64,000 nucleotides of DNA from an uncultured Bdellovibrio sp. (GCA_963932905.1 CAWVRN010000025.1:1-64000), one strand, 5' to 3'. Numbered from the stretch's first letter, positions 29,710-39,914 are shown. The notes: generated by a model from the letters alone, not told the origin. A program made the numbers and translations.

Positions 29710-31023
29710 TTACTTAACAATAAACTCTTTCCATTTGTTAATCTGCTGCGTAGTCAAAGACGCATAGCAAACCGTCCCTTCGGTAGCCGCTTCTTTACGG
29801 GCAATGCGAGTATCTCGATCTAAATCGAAAATTTTATATTCGGATGATTTAGGAAAGAACAATTGAACACTTTTTTGCATTTCTAGAACTGAATCCGCCA
29901 TCAACTGTTTCAATTGATCCATTCCTTGGCCAGTCAGGGCGCTGACGAAAACTCTAGGGTAGTGTTTAACTTTGAATTTACGATCAGGGCTGGCGATATC
30001 AAATTTGTTAAAGACGTGGATAATTTTTTTATCCTGCCATTTAAATTCTTCGATCAGTTTCTCAACGACCTCGATTTGTCGTTCCATATTTGGCGATGAT
30101 AAATCGACAACATGAAGTAACACATCGGCCTCACCAGACTCTTCCAGTGTGGCTTTGAAGGCTTCGATTAATTGTACCGGTAATTTGCGGATGAACCCAA
30201 CCGTGTCTGTCACAACAGACGGTGGTCCGTCTTGAAGGAATACCTTGCGAGTCGTGGGATCTAGTGTTGCGAACACTTGATTCTTGGCTAGGACTTGTGC
30301 GCCAGTTAAGCGATTTAAAATCGAACTTTTCCCCGAGTTCGTATAACCAATTAATGCAAAACTTGGAATTTCGTGACGACGTCGTGCGGACCTGTGTTGT
30401 GACCGGTTTTTGCTAACCGAATCTAACTTTTTCTTGATCAATGAAACACGCTCGCGAATTCGACGACGGTCGTTCTCTAGAGCCGATTCGCCGGGACCGC
30501 GTGTTCCAATACCGCCACCTTGGCGAGATAATGATCCCATCCACGCGTCGACCATGCGAGGCATTTGATCTAGCAGCATGGCTAGTTCCACCTGAAGTTT
30601 TCCTTCAAATGTTTGTGCTCGCTGCGAGAAAATATCTAAAATAATTTGATTGCGATCTAAAACTTTAACGCCAATAGCTTGTTCTAAGTTTCTCGTTTGC
30701 ACGCCAGACAAAATATGATCCACAACAACCAGTTGTGCTTGAAACTCGATAGCGAGTTCGCGCACTTCTTGAACTTTTCCTGTTCCGATTAAGGTAGCTG
30801 GGTTCCAAGAGGGTAGGATTTGAGTGATTGAGGCAACAACGGAGCCGCCTGCGGCGCCTACGAGCTCTTCCAGCTCGAATAAGTTTTCTTTTACTTCCAT
30901 CAGGGAGTCAGATTTTAAACCGACACCGATAACAATCGTTTTTTCGTTATTGAATATGCGCGACTTCTGGAATGTATCTAACTTTTCCTTGTCGTTCTTT
31001 TCATATTTGTCATTACCTCTAAT
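29710..31023 (-). CDS. hflX: GTPase HflX (start uncertain; ATT at 31023 proposed, first ATG is at 30900)
   Basis: GGGIGTRGPGE, GYTNSGKS, FATLDPT, DTVGFI, NKFD. The HflX-type EKTIVIGV lies upstream of the first ATG. Confidence 0.93.
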   Translation of the reverse strand: MRGNDKYEKNDKEKLDTFQKSRIFNNEKTIVIGVGLKSDSLMEVKENLFELEELVGAAGGSVVASITQILPSWNPATLIGTGKVQEVRELAIEFQAQLVVVDHILSGVQTRNLEQAIGVKVLDRNQIILDIFSQRAQTFEGKLQVELAMLLDQMPRMVDAWMGSLSRQGGGIGTRGPGESALENDRRRIRERVSLIKKKLDSVSKNRSQHRSARRRHEIPSFALIGYTNSGKSSILNRLTGAQVLAKNQVFATLDPTTRKVFLQDGPPSVVTDTVGFIRKLPVQLIEAFKATLEESGEADVLLHVVDLSSPNMERQIEVVEKLIEEFKWQDKKIIHVFNKFDIASPDRKFKVKHYPRVFVSALTGQGMDQLKQLMADSVLEMQKSVQLFFPKSSEYKIFDLDRDTRIARKEAATEGTVCYASLTTQQINKWKEFIVK

Positions 31024-31189
31024 TGTGCTACCCCTGTTAAACGTTTAAGCCGACCAAGGCCTATATAAATAGGATAGACCCGGGCGCAGAAAAAACAAAG
31101 ATTTTTTTCGTTAGGATTGCCTTAAAATGCATAAAATATACTTATATGAAAGATAATGGGCGAGACGAGATAGAAATGACGATATCGTT

Positions 31190-32224
31190 TTAGGAAATTT
31201 TCGAGTGAGGGGAAAACGGCGGATAAGGCGCATTTTCTGGTTTTTCGCGTGTTTCCATTCGATAGCTATTGCCTTCAAATGTGCGCGGTGAAGACTGTTT
31301 CTTAAATTTTAAAATCTTCTCTATCCATTGTGCGCAGTAAAGAGGAGCTTGTTCAAAAATCAAATGTTCGCCATCTTTAATATTCAGCCAGCTGCTTTTT
31401 TTAGAGTCTGGCAGGCGAGTCCAAATTTCGTAGTATAAAGATTTGGGTACAAGGGTATCGTGCTCAACAGTAATTAAGTGAACCGAATGATCGGGAAGTA
31501 GGTCAAAATACTCGAACGCATTAAATGGCATGATCCCTTCAGTTAGATCCATAGATACACGGCGAATATTATTGTCGGGAATGTGTTTAGAAAAACGAAA
31601 ATTCATATAATCCCGAATCATTTTTTTATAGCCGTCGCCCAGTACACTCATTTGTGGTTTGAACATATTAAGGTTTTTCAAAAATCCCATTTGCCCGGCC
31701 CAGATTCGCTGAATAGGAAAAGCTAAATCCAATCGAATGATATACGGAAGAAACAGAATCAACTTATCAATTAAATCTGGAAACAAAGTTGCTGTTCGAA
31801 TAGCGACGCCGCCGCCGTAAGAGAAGCCAAGTAGATGAAACTTAGTTTTAATTTTTAAAGAATCCCAAACCTCTTTTACGGCTTGAGCCTGTTCGTCGAC
31901 CGAGATTACAAAATCTAACTCTTTACCATTGCTTGCTGCGATTTCTTCATCCAGCGATTTACCTTGGCCGATGAGATCAATAAATAAGGTGGACTGATTG
32001 TCGCTGAGGTACGACTTAACGGGTGCCCATGATTCGATGGAGTCGGCTAACCCATTTAGAAAAACAACGACCTCGGTGTTATCTCTATAGTCCAACTCGT
32101 AGTAGACAGTTCGATTTCGGCTAGTTTTGAAGAAAGACTTTTTTACTGTTTTCTGAATAACGTTTGCCTCTGTTAATGCTTGGGAGTGTCGATTCGAGTC
32201 AGCCAGTTTGTAATTTGTGGCCAC
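31190..32224 (-). CDS. Alpha/beta hydrolase, possible PHA depolymerase or oligomer hydrolase
   Basis: FLNG, DLIGQGKS, GFSYGG nucleophile, GEH; directly downstream of phaC. Start uncertain. Confidence 0.75.
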   Translation of the reverse strand: MATNYKLADSNRHSQALTEANVIQKTVKKSFFKTSRNRTVYYELDYRDNTEVVVFLNGLADSIESWAPVKSYLSDNQSTLFIDLIGQGKSLDEEIAASNGKELDFVISVDEQAQAVKEVWDSLKIKTKFHLLGFSYGGGVAIRTATLFPDLIDKLILFLPYIIRLDLAFPIQRIWAGQMGFLKNLNMFKPQMSVLGDGYKKMIRDYMNFRFSKHIPDNNIRRVSMDLTEGIMPFNAFEYFDLLPDHSVHLITVEHDTLVPKSLYYEIWTRLPDSKKSSWLNIKDGEHLIFEQAPLYCAQWIEKILKFKKQSSPRTFEGNSYRMETREKPENAPYPPFSPHSKIS

Positions 32225-33228
32225 ACACTCTTTTGGGCGCGAGATCCTAAGATAGATCCAATATGCCCACCTTGAGATGTGATGGATTCAAAATCAACGT
32301 CCTTATCAAGATGATAGTTTTGCATTGTGGAATTGAAAAGAACTATATGATCGTCGGAGGCTGCAATGTTTAAAACAGGACTTTGGAGTTGTTTTAGAGA
32401 AAGAGTTTGGCCATGGAAATACATATCGCCTTTTAATAGGGCGTTCTTTTTATATAATTCGTCGATCAACGTTAAAAAACAACGACCGGGGAAAGAAACA
32501 TTATCTTGGCTCCAGACTTCAAGAGCCCAGAAATTTTTCATAAATTCAGGGTTGTTCATTTCTTTGACTAGTTTTTCTAATTTGTGCCAAGGCAACATAG
32601 GCTTTAACATTTGAAATGAAGTCTGTAAAACCCACCAAGGCATGCTGCCGTAGGCCTTGGTTACGCTTTCTGGGCGGAATTGATTTTGTTTTACCCAAAG
32701 ACCTAATTTTCCACCATGTTCAAAATCAATAGGCGCTGTTAATAACATCAAACCATTTACGCGATCACCGAAGAGTAATGTGTAGATAGTTGCTAAAGTT
32801 CCTCCGAGACAGTGACCTAATATATTAACTTTATCTGTTTTTGCATCGGCCGTAACTAAATCGACAAAATAATCTAGGCGTTGTGCAACTAGCTGCTCTA
32901 AAGTCAACCAGTTGTCCTCATCATAAGGCGTACCCCAGTCTAATAGATAAATATCAACCCCTTGAGAAAGTTGATATTCGATAAAGCTTTTTCCAGGAAG
33001 TAAATCCAAAACGTAGTATCGATTGATCATGGATGGGATGATGAATAAAGGAGTTCGTAGTGACGTTGCGGCGGCTGAAGCTGGTTTTTTAAAACGCAAA
33101 AGTTTCATTCCGCTAATTTGCGCTATAACATCGTAGGGAGTTGGCGCAATGGGAAGTTTATCTTTTAAGAAGGGTTTAAGTTTTTCTTTTAAATTAAGTC
33201 CTTCGGGAGCTAAATTAAACAAATTCAT
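32173..33228 (-). CDS. phaC: PHA synthase, class III/IV size
   Basis: PSMINRYYVLDL, YLLDWGTP, lipase box GHCLGG with Cys, DDHIV, GGHIG; 351 aa. Confidence 0.9.
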   Translation of the reverse strand: MNLFNLAPEGLNLKEKLKPFLKDKLPIAPTPYDVIAQISGMKLLRFKKPASAAATSLRTPLFIIPSMINRYYVLDLLPGKSFIEYQLSQGVDIYLLDWGTPYDEDNWLTLEQLVAQRLDYFVDLVTADAKTDKVNILGHCLGGTLATIYTLLFGDRVNGLMLLTAPIDFEHGGKLGLWVKQNQFRPESVTKAYGSMPWWVLQTSFQMLKPMLPWHKLEKLVKEMNNPEFMKNFWALEVWSQDNVSFPGRCFLTLIDELYKKNALLKGDMYFHGQTLSLKQLQSPVLNIAASDDHIVLFNSTMQNYHLDKDVDFESITSQGGHIGSILGSRAQKSVWPQITNWLTRIDTPKH

Positions 33229-33231
33229 AAA

Positions 33232-33672
33232 TTACACCATCTTTGAAATCGGCTGATCGGCTTTTCTTTTTTCTAGAACAGTGATTGTTCGAGGCTCAGC
33301 TGATTTTTGGTTGATGTTTGAAATGTCACCGTAAGGACGTTTTAGGCGCAAAACTTCTTTTTCCATTTGATGAATTTTGAATTGTAGTTCGTGTAGCATG
33401 TACAATGTGCGCTCTTGATCTTTCTTGTTTGGGAGTTGCACGTTTTTCCAAAGTTTTTCAAAACTAAAATTAACTAATGATTTAATCTGCGATTGAGTGT
33501 TAAGGACAATCGACAAAGTATTTAAAAGCTGCGGGTTCGTGCTGAGCTTTTCTAAAATCGCTTCCATTTTAAGTTCGAATTCTTTTGTCGACTTTGAAGA
33601 AAGTAAATTAGACATTTCTGTTTTTGCTTGTTGAAGTTTAGGTATTTGAAGCTGATCCATCCATTTAAACAT
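33232..33672 (-). CDS. PhaE-like PHA synthase accessory subunit
   Basis: RBS gaggtgg before ATG 33672. LPNKKDQERTLYMLHELQFKIHQME resembles the PhaE C-terminal LP..L.ELE motif; immediately upstream of phaC. Confidence 0.65.
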   Translation of the reverse strand: MFKWMDQLQIPKLQQAKTEMSNLLSSKSTKEFELKMEAILEKLSTNPQLLNTLSIVLNTQSQIKSLVNFSFEKLWKNVQLPNKKDQERTLYMLHELQFKIHQMEKEVLRLKRPYGDISNINQKSAEPRTITVLEKRKADQPISKMV

Positions 33673-33783
33673 AGCCACCTCACTTAATAAGATGTAGATA
33701 GTTAAGCATGGACTAAAACCGAGTTGCAATCTTTTAAAGCATTAAAATAAATTGTTGGCGTGAGTTAATGTAAGAAAATAAAT

Positions 33784-34230
33784 ATGAAAAAAACTAAAGC
33801 AAATACTGCAAAAAATAAAAACGAAAACACGAAAGAAAATAGCAGAGACAGAAACGATGAGTTGGAAATTGGAGCAGATATTCTAATTAGAAAATATGAA
33901 AATCGTAGGCTCTATAGCGTGAATCACAAGAGTTATATTAACCTGGATGACATCTCTAGCTACATCAATGATGGTAAAAAAATAAAAGTCGTGGAAGTGA
34001 CGACTGACAAGGATATTACGTGCGACATACTTTTGCAGATCTTGCTACAGCAAGGCAAGGCGGATTTAATTCCTCAAGAGGTGTTGGAAATTATGGTTCG
34101 TATGAATAATGCCTGGTTAAGAAAATTTTGGTCACCGTATTTTGATAAATCAATCAGAATGATTTTTGAATTGAATCCTTTGCTGAATGGTTCAACTAAG
34201 GATATATTTAAAAACTGGTTCCTAAAGTAA
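33784..34230 (+). CDS. phaR: PHA synthesis regulator
   Basis: IRKYENRRLYS..SYINLDDI...KDIT..ILLQIL, the PhaR DNA-binding domain. Confidence 0.9.
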   Translation: MKKTKANTAKNKNENTKENSRDRNDELEIGADILIRKYENRRLYSVNHKSYINLDDISSYINDGKKIKVVEVTTDKDITCDILLQILLQQGKADLIPQEVLEIMVRMNNAWLRKFWSPYFDKSIRMIFELNPLLNGSTKDIFKNWFLK

Positions 34231-34261
34231 ATACTCATTAGAATTTTCGCTCTATACATCA

Positions 34262-34316
34262 TGCTGCAAACGCAGCAAAAAATGTTTTGACGTTGTTTTT
34301 AAAATAGTCGCATACT
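34262..34316 (+). promoter_or_regulatory. PhaR-type operator and sigma70 promoter of the phasin gene
   Basis: TGCTGC-aaac-GCAGCA (34262-34277); TTGACG (34287)-N18-CATACT (34311). Confidence 0.7.
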
Positions 34317-34337
34317 TGGAAAAAAGGCGAGGAAAGT

Positions 34338-34691
34338 ATGACTACTAAAGATACGACCTTAGAACGAAGACCGCATAAAGAAGTAAAAACAATAAACATA
34401 GCCAAGGAGGAATCAATGGCCGCTCACAAAGAATACTCTGCAGAAAATCCACTTTTAAATTACGCTGGACAAGCACAAGATGTTTGGAAAGAAATTTATG
34501 GATACCAAGTTAAAACTACACAAACATTGCTTGATCAAGTAATGAAGTGGGGTCAGACATACACAGACCACGTGTACACTCAAGTGAACGAAGCTTCTCG
34601 TTTATCTCAAGAGTACTTAAAATCAGGCGCGCACATCGCTGATGAAATCAGAAAAAACTACTCTCAAATGTCAGAAAAAATGACTAAATAA
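34338..34691 (+). CDS. Probable phasin (PHA granule protein); alternative start 34416
   Basis: Small amphipathic helical protein after phaR, preceded by the PhaR-type box. Strong RBS aaggagg before 34416. Confidence 0.6.
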   Translation: MTTKDTTLERRPHKEVKTINIAKEESMAAHKEYSAENPLLNYAGQAQDVWKEIYGYQVKTTQTLLDQVMKWGQTYTDHVYTQVNEASRLSQEYLKSGAHIADEIRKNYSQMSEKMTK

Positions 34692-34739
34692 TCTCCCCTA
34701 AGATTATTGGTTACCCTAATCAATTCAATTTGATTACCT

Positions 34740-34763
34740 AGGAGGCTCCGGCCTCCTTTTTTT
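34740..34763 (+). terminator. Intrinsic terminator
   Basis: aggaggc-tccg-gcctcct followed by a T run. Confidence 0.9.
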
Positions 34764-34853
34764 ATCCTAAATGACTACTTATTGCTAAGACCGTCTCATT
34801 TTGGCATTTTTAAAAATTCAAGTTGATCTAAGAGATTCCCGAACAGTCGTGGT

Positions 34854-35507
34854 ATGCTTATATGCGCGCGAATCGCTTTATTCTTTATTTTTGTTTGTCT
34901 ATCTGCGTGCGACGGTCCTAATGGTACGACTGATGCTAAAACATCAAATAGCGGCGCTCACAATGACGATGGTTTTCAAGTTTCTTTCAAAGTTAACAAT
35001 GGCGCCAGTATCACGTCTGAGCTGGTTGTTGCATTACAGTTCTCAGTTTCTGGAGTTGATGAAATGTATATTACCCAGGAAAGCGCTTGTAATATTGGCG
35101 GCACCTGGGAACCCTATAAAACTTTTAAGCAGTGGACGTTGCAGAAGTCAAATGACATGAACTTTTTTTATTTGAAAGTACGAAAAGGGAATCATGTGTC
35201 AGATTGTCATTTCGCCAGTATCGAACATGACGCTACTGTTCCTAGTTTTCAATTGGTAACTCCAGCGGATAATTCCACGTTAGTAAATGCAAATCAGCTA
35301 TCTTTGGCTGGCACTTGCAGCGAAGATTCTGTTATTACGATAGTGATTAATAGTGTAGCGGCCACGACAGCTTCGTGTACGGGTGGAGTCTGGGGTAAGC
35401 TGATAGACGTAACTTTATTACCATCTGGCTCATTTTCTGTGCAAGTCAAAGCAACGGATCTGGTTGCGAACAATTCGCCAGTTCAAAACTTCACTTTTAT
35501 AAAATAG
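34854..35507 (+). CDS. Lipoprotein with Ig-like domain(s)
   Basis: Lipobox LSAC; VNNGASIT, GTCSE, ATDLVANNS. Confidence 0.7.
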   Translation: MLICARIALFFIFVCLSACDGPNGTTDAKTSNSGAHNDDGFQVSFKVNNGASITSELVVALQFSVSGVDEMYITQESACNIGGTWEPYKTFKQWTLQKSNDMNFFYLKVRKGNHVSDCHFASIEHDATVPSFQLVTPADNSTLVNANQLSLAGTCSEDSVITIVINSVAATTASCTGGVWGKLIDVTLLPSGSFSVQVKATDLVANNSPVQNFTFIK

Positions 35508-35510
35508 TTT

Positions 35511-37205
35511 TTAGGAGGCCGGTGAAATTTTCGGTTTCTGCGTGTGCTTAATCGGTAGGTCGATTCCGAAACATGTATTGGATTTTGATTCATCTATATA
35601 GAATCGGCCTTTGTGATTTTCTACAATTGTACGACACAGACTTAAACCGATGCCAGTTCCTTTTCCGGCTTCCTTTGTGGTGAAGAATGGTAACATGATT
35701 TTATCTTTGATAACTGCTGGAATCCCGTTACCGGAATCGCTGAAAGAAATTTTAATCATTCCATCGGCAATCTGGGAATTAAGACGAATCCATCGTTCTC
35801 CGTTTTGATCTTTGATCGCATCCACGGAATTGTTAATTAGGTTTATAAAAACTTGCGACAATAACCCTGGGTTGCAATCAATCTCTAACATGGATTCTAA
35901 GTCTATTTCGATTTTAATTTCGTGTTGTTTTAAGTTGTCGCTGGACACTGTTACAATGTCGTCAATGATGCCTCGTAAGTTAGTGCGAACAAATTCATTT
36001 GTGTTGTTTTCGCGTGACAATGACCTCATGCTTTTTACGATTTTCGAAATTCTTAAGGTAGTTGATTCGATTTTTAATATAGTTTGATTCATTTCAGACG
36101 GACTTATTTTGTTTTCCTCAATCAAACGTTTGACGTGTTCGACACGTCCTAAAATAATTGTCAGTGGATTATTAATTTCATGAGCGATGCCAGCGGCCAT
36201 TTCTCCCAGGGCTGTTAATTTAGAGTGAGCCAAGGTATGCAGCTTTTGGTTCTCAATTTCCTCTTGGGCCTTTTTTAGTTCGGTTATATCTCGGCAGGTG
36301 AGCAGTACGAATTCTACTTGGTTTGGAATCTCTGCATGAAAGATTGGATTCGCCGTTAGTTCTAAATAGGATACTGTGTGGTCGGGCTTTTTGACAATAA
36401 CAGGAAAGTTTTTAATAGTCTTGCCCGTCAATCTCGCCACTGTGGAGGGGTACTGTTCGGGATGCAGTGGCGTCACGCCATCAGCAGCCATTATGGACCA
36501 TTGCGGGTTTAAAAAGTGATGGTTAAGAATTTCGTCTGTTGTTAAACCCACAACTCGGCTCATTGCTTGGTTTAGTGTTAGTATTTCACCCGCCTGGTTA
36601 AGCAAGCTAACGCCTTCATGCAGATTTGCCATGACAATATTTTTATGTAATTCAAGTGCGACACTTTTATTAATCAGAAAAACTTTTTGCCACGTTAAAA
36701 AATAGCCGACGATTGCCGCACAAATTAAACAAATAATACCTAGTTCCGAAGGCATGTTTGGGTTGGGCGGTAGATGGACTGTAGTGTAAAAAATGAATGC
36801 CAGTGAAGGAAGGTTGAGAATCACTAAGGATGTTTTGTAAATAAAAACACCAGATAGGCCAACTACAGCCAATACACAAACTACAATATGTATTGGTGTC
36901 AGTCCTGACTCGTAATATAGAACTACCATTCGTGTTAAGAACGCGGAGCCTGCCAATGCTAAACCCGACTCTACTATACGGTAGCTCTTTGTCTTTTTTG
37001 AAGTCATATACGCAGCTAAACAAAAAAGTATTACAAAAAATATTCGATGCGTATTTCCCATTGTGCTGCCATTGGGTACGAAAAGTTGAATCGCGGTGCC
37101 TGATACCAATACAACGGCGGCTGCCGCTAGCGAAATCGTTTTAATCAGTGACCTCTGAATATCGAAAAGTTCACTTTTGCTTTGGACGCGTAATTTTAAC
37201 TTCAT
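35511..37205 (-). CDS. PAS-domain membrane histidine kinase
   Basis: TMs, PAS ending RDITELK, LGEMAAGIAHEINNPL, DSGNGI, GKGTGIGLS. Confidence 0.93.
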   Translation of the reverse strand: MKLKLRVQSKSELFDIQRSLIKTISLAAAAVVLVSGTAIQLFVPNGSTMGNTHRIFFVILFCLAAYMTSKKTKSYRIVESGLALAGSAFLTRMVVLYYESGLTPIHIVVCVLAVVGLSGVFIYKTSLVILNLPSLAFIFYTTVHLPPNPNMPSELGIICLICAAIVGYFLTWQKVFLINKSVALELHKNIVMANLHEGVSLLNQAGEILTLNQAMSRVVGLTTDEILNHHFLNPQWSIMAADGVTPLHPEQYPSTVARLTGKTIKNFPVIVKKPDHTVSYLELTANPIFHAEIPNQVEFVLLTCRDITELKKAQEEIENQKLHTLAHSKLTALGEMAAGIAHEINNPLTIILGRVEHVKRLIEENKISPSEMNQTILKIESTTLRISKIVKSMRSLSRENNTNEFVRTNLRGIIDDIVTVSSDNLKQHEIKIEIDLESMLEIDCNPGLLSQVFINLINNSVDAIKDQNGERWIRLNSQIADGMIKISFSDSGNGIPAVIKDKIMLPFFTTKEAGKGTGIGLSLCRTIVENHKGRFYIDESKSNTCFGIDLPIKHTQKPKISPAS

Positions 37206-37500
37206 GTCTGCTATAAATCGACGTTTTTTGACACTTTCTTAATGGAGTTGAGCTTTAAAACACAGCTAATCCAGAGATCTTGATAGTTCGTTTTTAGATG
37301 GGCTTGCGGTGCGCTAACTTCATGGGCTGCCGATTCTGGGACACAAAGGGACACTGGCTGTAGTCAAATTTTGTGTGCCATTTGCAGAAAGTGTGGGGGA
37401 TTTAAATGGTTTTCCATTTTTGACACATGTTTTCGACCCTAGTGTTTCAAACTGAAATAGGCCGGGGTTTTGCTGTGTGTATAGGTAAGAGGATGTATTT

Positions 37501-37893
37501 ATGAGCCACATGTTATTGTGTTTACTTTTTATTTTCATTTCAACGTTCGCGCTATCTGCAGAGAAACAAAATCGCATTAAATGTTCGATCTTGGGTCCTG
37601 AAGATAAAGTGTATTATTTCGACACTCAGACAAAACGATATCGTTTAAGTATTCATGAGAAAGGTCGTCCAAAAACATCTCTTTCGCGCCAAATCAGGCA
37701 GCAAGTGACGCCGATAGAGACCACTAAAAAAGTTTCCTATGCGTTTCATATCGACGACCGTACAGAAGTCAGTGTGGACATGGATATGGATACAAATCGT
37801 GGAACGGGTGAGATCAAATTAAGGGCTAAAGGTCACACTAAAAAATTCGACGAATGCGAATTTGTTGCGGCCACTAACGACAATTCTATCTAA
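37501..37893 (+). CDS. Secreted hypothetical protein
   Basis: RBS gagga, signal peptide, Cys pair. Confidence 0.65.
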   Translation: MSHMLLCLLFIFISTFALSAEKQNRIKCSILGPEDKVYYFDTQTKRYRLSIHEKGRPKTSLSRQIRQQVTPIETTKKVSYAFHIDDRTEVSVDMDMDTNRGTGEIKLRAKGHTKKFDECEFVAATNDNSI

Positions 37894-37962
37894 ATTATTT
37901 TCCTCTCGACTTCATATAAGTTTTTGGATATCTAAATTCACAACCTAAAAAGTGAGTGGAAA

Positions 37963-39216
37963 ATGTCTGAAAAATCAGTGTCTACTAAGTCTTCTTTTTC
38001 TCAATTTCTTTCTGCGATTAACCTGACAGTTTTGGTAGCTGGCCTTGGGTATTTCGTGGATATGTTTGATATTACTTTATTCGGTGTTGTTCGTGTTGCG
38101 AGCCTTAAGGACCTAGGTATTAGCGATCCTCAAGAGATTCTGCGTTCGGGTGTTCTGCTTTACAATGCGCAAATGATAGGGATGATGATCGGCGGCCTGT
38201 TATGGGGCGTGTGGGCAGACAAGCGCGGTCGTTTAAGCGTGATGTTTGGATCGATAGTTCTTTACTCACTGGGAAATATTGCCAATGCATTTGTTTGGGA
38301 TGTTAACAGTTACGCAATATGTCGCTTTGTTACCGGGATCGGCTTAGCGGGCGAGCTTGGTGCAGCAATTACTCTAGTTGCGGAATCTCTGCCAAAAGAG
38401 ACTCGCGGTTATGGAACTACCATAGTCGCGACGCTGGGATTGTTAGGTTCTGTGACAGCGGCTTATTTTGGACAACACATCACGTGGAAGGCGGCCTATA
38501 TTATGGGCGGGGTGATGGGTTTACTACTGCTTGTGACTCGATTCCGAGTTTTTGAAAGTGGCATGTTTGAAAAGACGCAAAACAATAAAGTAGAACGTGG
38601 TGATCTGACGATGCTTCTAAAGAAAGGTCGTCTACTGAAATATTTAAAATGTATCTTTATGGGTATCCCTGTTTACTTTATTACTGGCGTGCTATTTACA
38701 TTTTCACCAGAGTTGACTCAAAGTCTAAATGTGCAAGGTACGGTGAGTGCGGGCGGAGCGCTTCTGTGGGGATCCGTCGGCCTAGCAATGGGTGACTTTA
38801 TTTCCGGAATGTTAAGTCAGGCGTTAAAGTCTAGAAATAAGGCAATTACGGTATGCCTGGTTGCCGCGTTCATGTTGATTTTAGCTTATTTAAACATTCA
38901 AGGGTTAACTCCGGACGGTATCTATCTAATTTGCTTCTTGTTGGGATCGGCGGCTGGTTACTGGGCGGTATTAGTGACCGTATCAGCCGAACAATTTGGA
39001 ACTAATATTCGTGGAACCGTAGCAACGACAGTTCCTAATTTTGTTCGTGGTGCTGCCGCACTGGTTGTTAGCTTGTTCTTGTACTTAAAAACTAATTTCT
39101 TTACCGCAGATAAGGCCGCACTGGTCGTTGGTGGTTTGTTTTTCGTACTCGCACTTTTGGCGATTTGGACATTGCCTGAAACGTACGGCAAAGATTTAGA
39201 CTACTTTGAAGAATAG
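37963..39216 (+). CDS. MFS transporter
   Basis: LGYFVDMFD, WADKRGR, GELG, EQFGTNIRGT, LPETYGKDL. Confidence 0.93.
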   Translation: MSEKSVSTKSSFSQFLSAINLTVLVAGLGYFVDMFDITLFGVVRVASLKDLGISDPQEILRSGVLLYNAQMIGMMIGGLLWGVWADKRGRLSVMFGSIVLYSLGNIANAFVWDVNSYAICRFVTGIGLAGELGAAITLVAESLPKETRGYGTTIVATLGLLGSVTAAYFGQHITWKAAYIMGGVMGLLLLVTRFRVFESGMFEKTQNNKVERGDLTMLLKKGRLLKYLKCIFMGIPVYFITGVLFTFSPELTQSLNVQGTVSAGGALLWGSVGLAMGDFISGMLSQALKSRNKAITVCLVAAFMLILAYLNIQGLTPDGIYLICFLLGSAAGYWAVLVTVSAEQFGTNIRGTVATTVPNFVRGAAALVVSLFLYLKTNFFTADKAALVVGGLFFVLALLAIWTLPETYGKDLDYFEE

Positions 39217-39217
39217 T

Positions 39218-39901
39218 ATGAAATTCACAAAAGCCACGTTTAAATATTTTGATATGGCAAGGAAAAACTCGAATAGCCGTGAATGGTTTGATAAAAACAA
39301 AGGCCTCTATGAAGAGGCGGTCAAAAAGCCGCTTCAAGCTTTGTTGATTGAGCTAAATAAAAAATATCAGCGTCAATTACCTAGAATTCAAATTGGTCCC
39401 GATAAAATCAGTCGACCTTTAAGACCAAAAAATCGTGCTGAAGACGGCGGTTTGGTTAAAAATAATGTTCATTTTAGTTTGGCGGAAAAAAGGACGTCCT
39501 TGTTCGAATGGAATCCTGGGATTTACTTCCAAATGGGTGCCGATAAAGACGATAATTTTTTTGGTTTAGGTTTGTATATGACGTCTAGTCGTCAAACCAG
39601 CTTGCTTAGAAACGCTTTAGTGGAGGATTTTGATCGCATTGATGAAATTCTGTCAGATCGAAGACTAAAGAAAACTTGGGGCGGATTAAAGGGTGATGTC
39701 TACAAACGGTTTCCTAAGGGTTTTAACCCTGACAGTGAAGCCGCAAAGTATTTAAAATATAAACAGTTCTATTTAGGTAAGAACTATACGCGTGCCGAAA
39801 TAATAAGTCCCAAATTCGCTAGTCAATTGATGAAAGATTTAGGAGTCGCTTTAGATTTTTTTGCATGGATTAGAGGTACGGTAGGAACCTATTCGCGCTA
39901 A
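39218..39901 (+). CDS. DUF2461 family protein
   Basis: NSREWFDKNK..YEE.VKKP, KRFPKGF..D...YLKYK. Confidence 0.75.
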   Translation: MKFTKATFKYFDMARKNSNSREWFDKNKGLYEEAVKKPLQALLIELNKKYQRQLPRIQIGPDKISRPLRPKNRAEDGGLVKNNVHFSLAEKRTSLFEWNPGIYFQMGADKDDNFFGLGLYMTSSRQTSLLRNALVEDFDRIDEILSDRRLKKTWGGLKGDVYKRFPKGFNPDSEAAKYLKYKQFYLGKNYTRAEIISPKFASQLMKDLGVALDFFAWIRGTVGTYSR

Positions 39902-39914
39902 CGAAACAAGTTCC

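Noticed and set aside
29436..29717. Inverted symmetry flanking MITE copy 1 as a target motif
   Set aside because: Explained by both convergent genes ending in Lys-stop (aag taa); not seen at copy 2.
37320..37400. c-di-GMP-I riboswitch (gggacacaaag)
   Set aside because: Lacks the GCAAAC and GNRA-tetraloop P2 elements.
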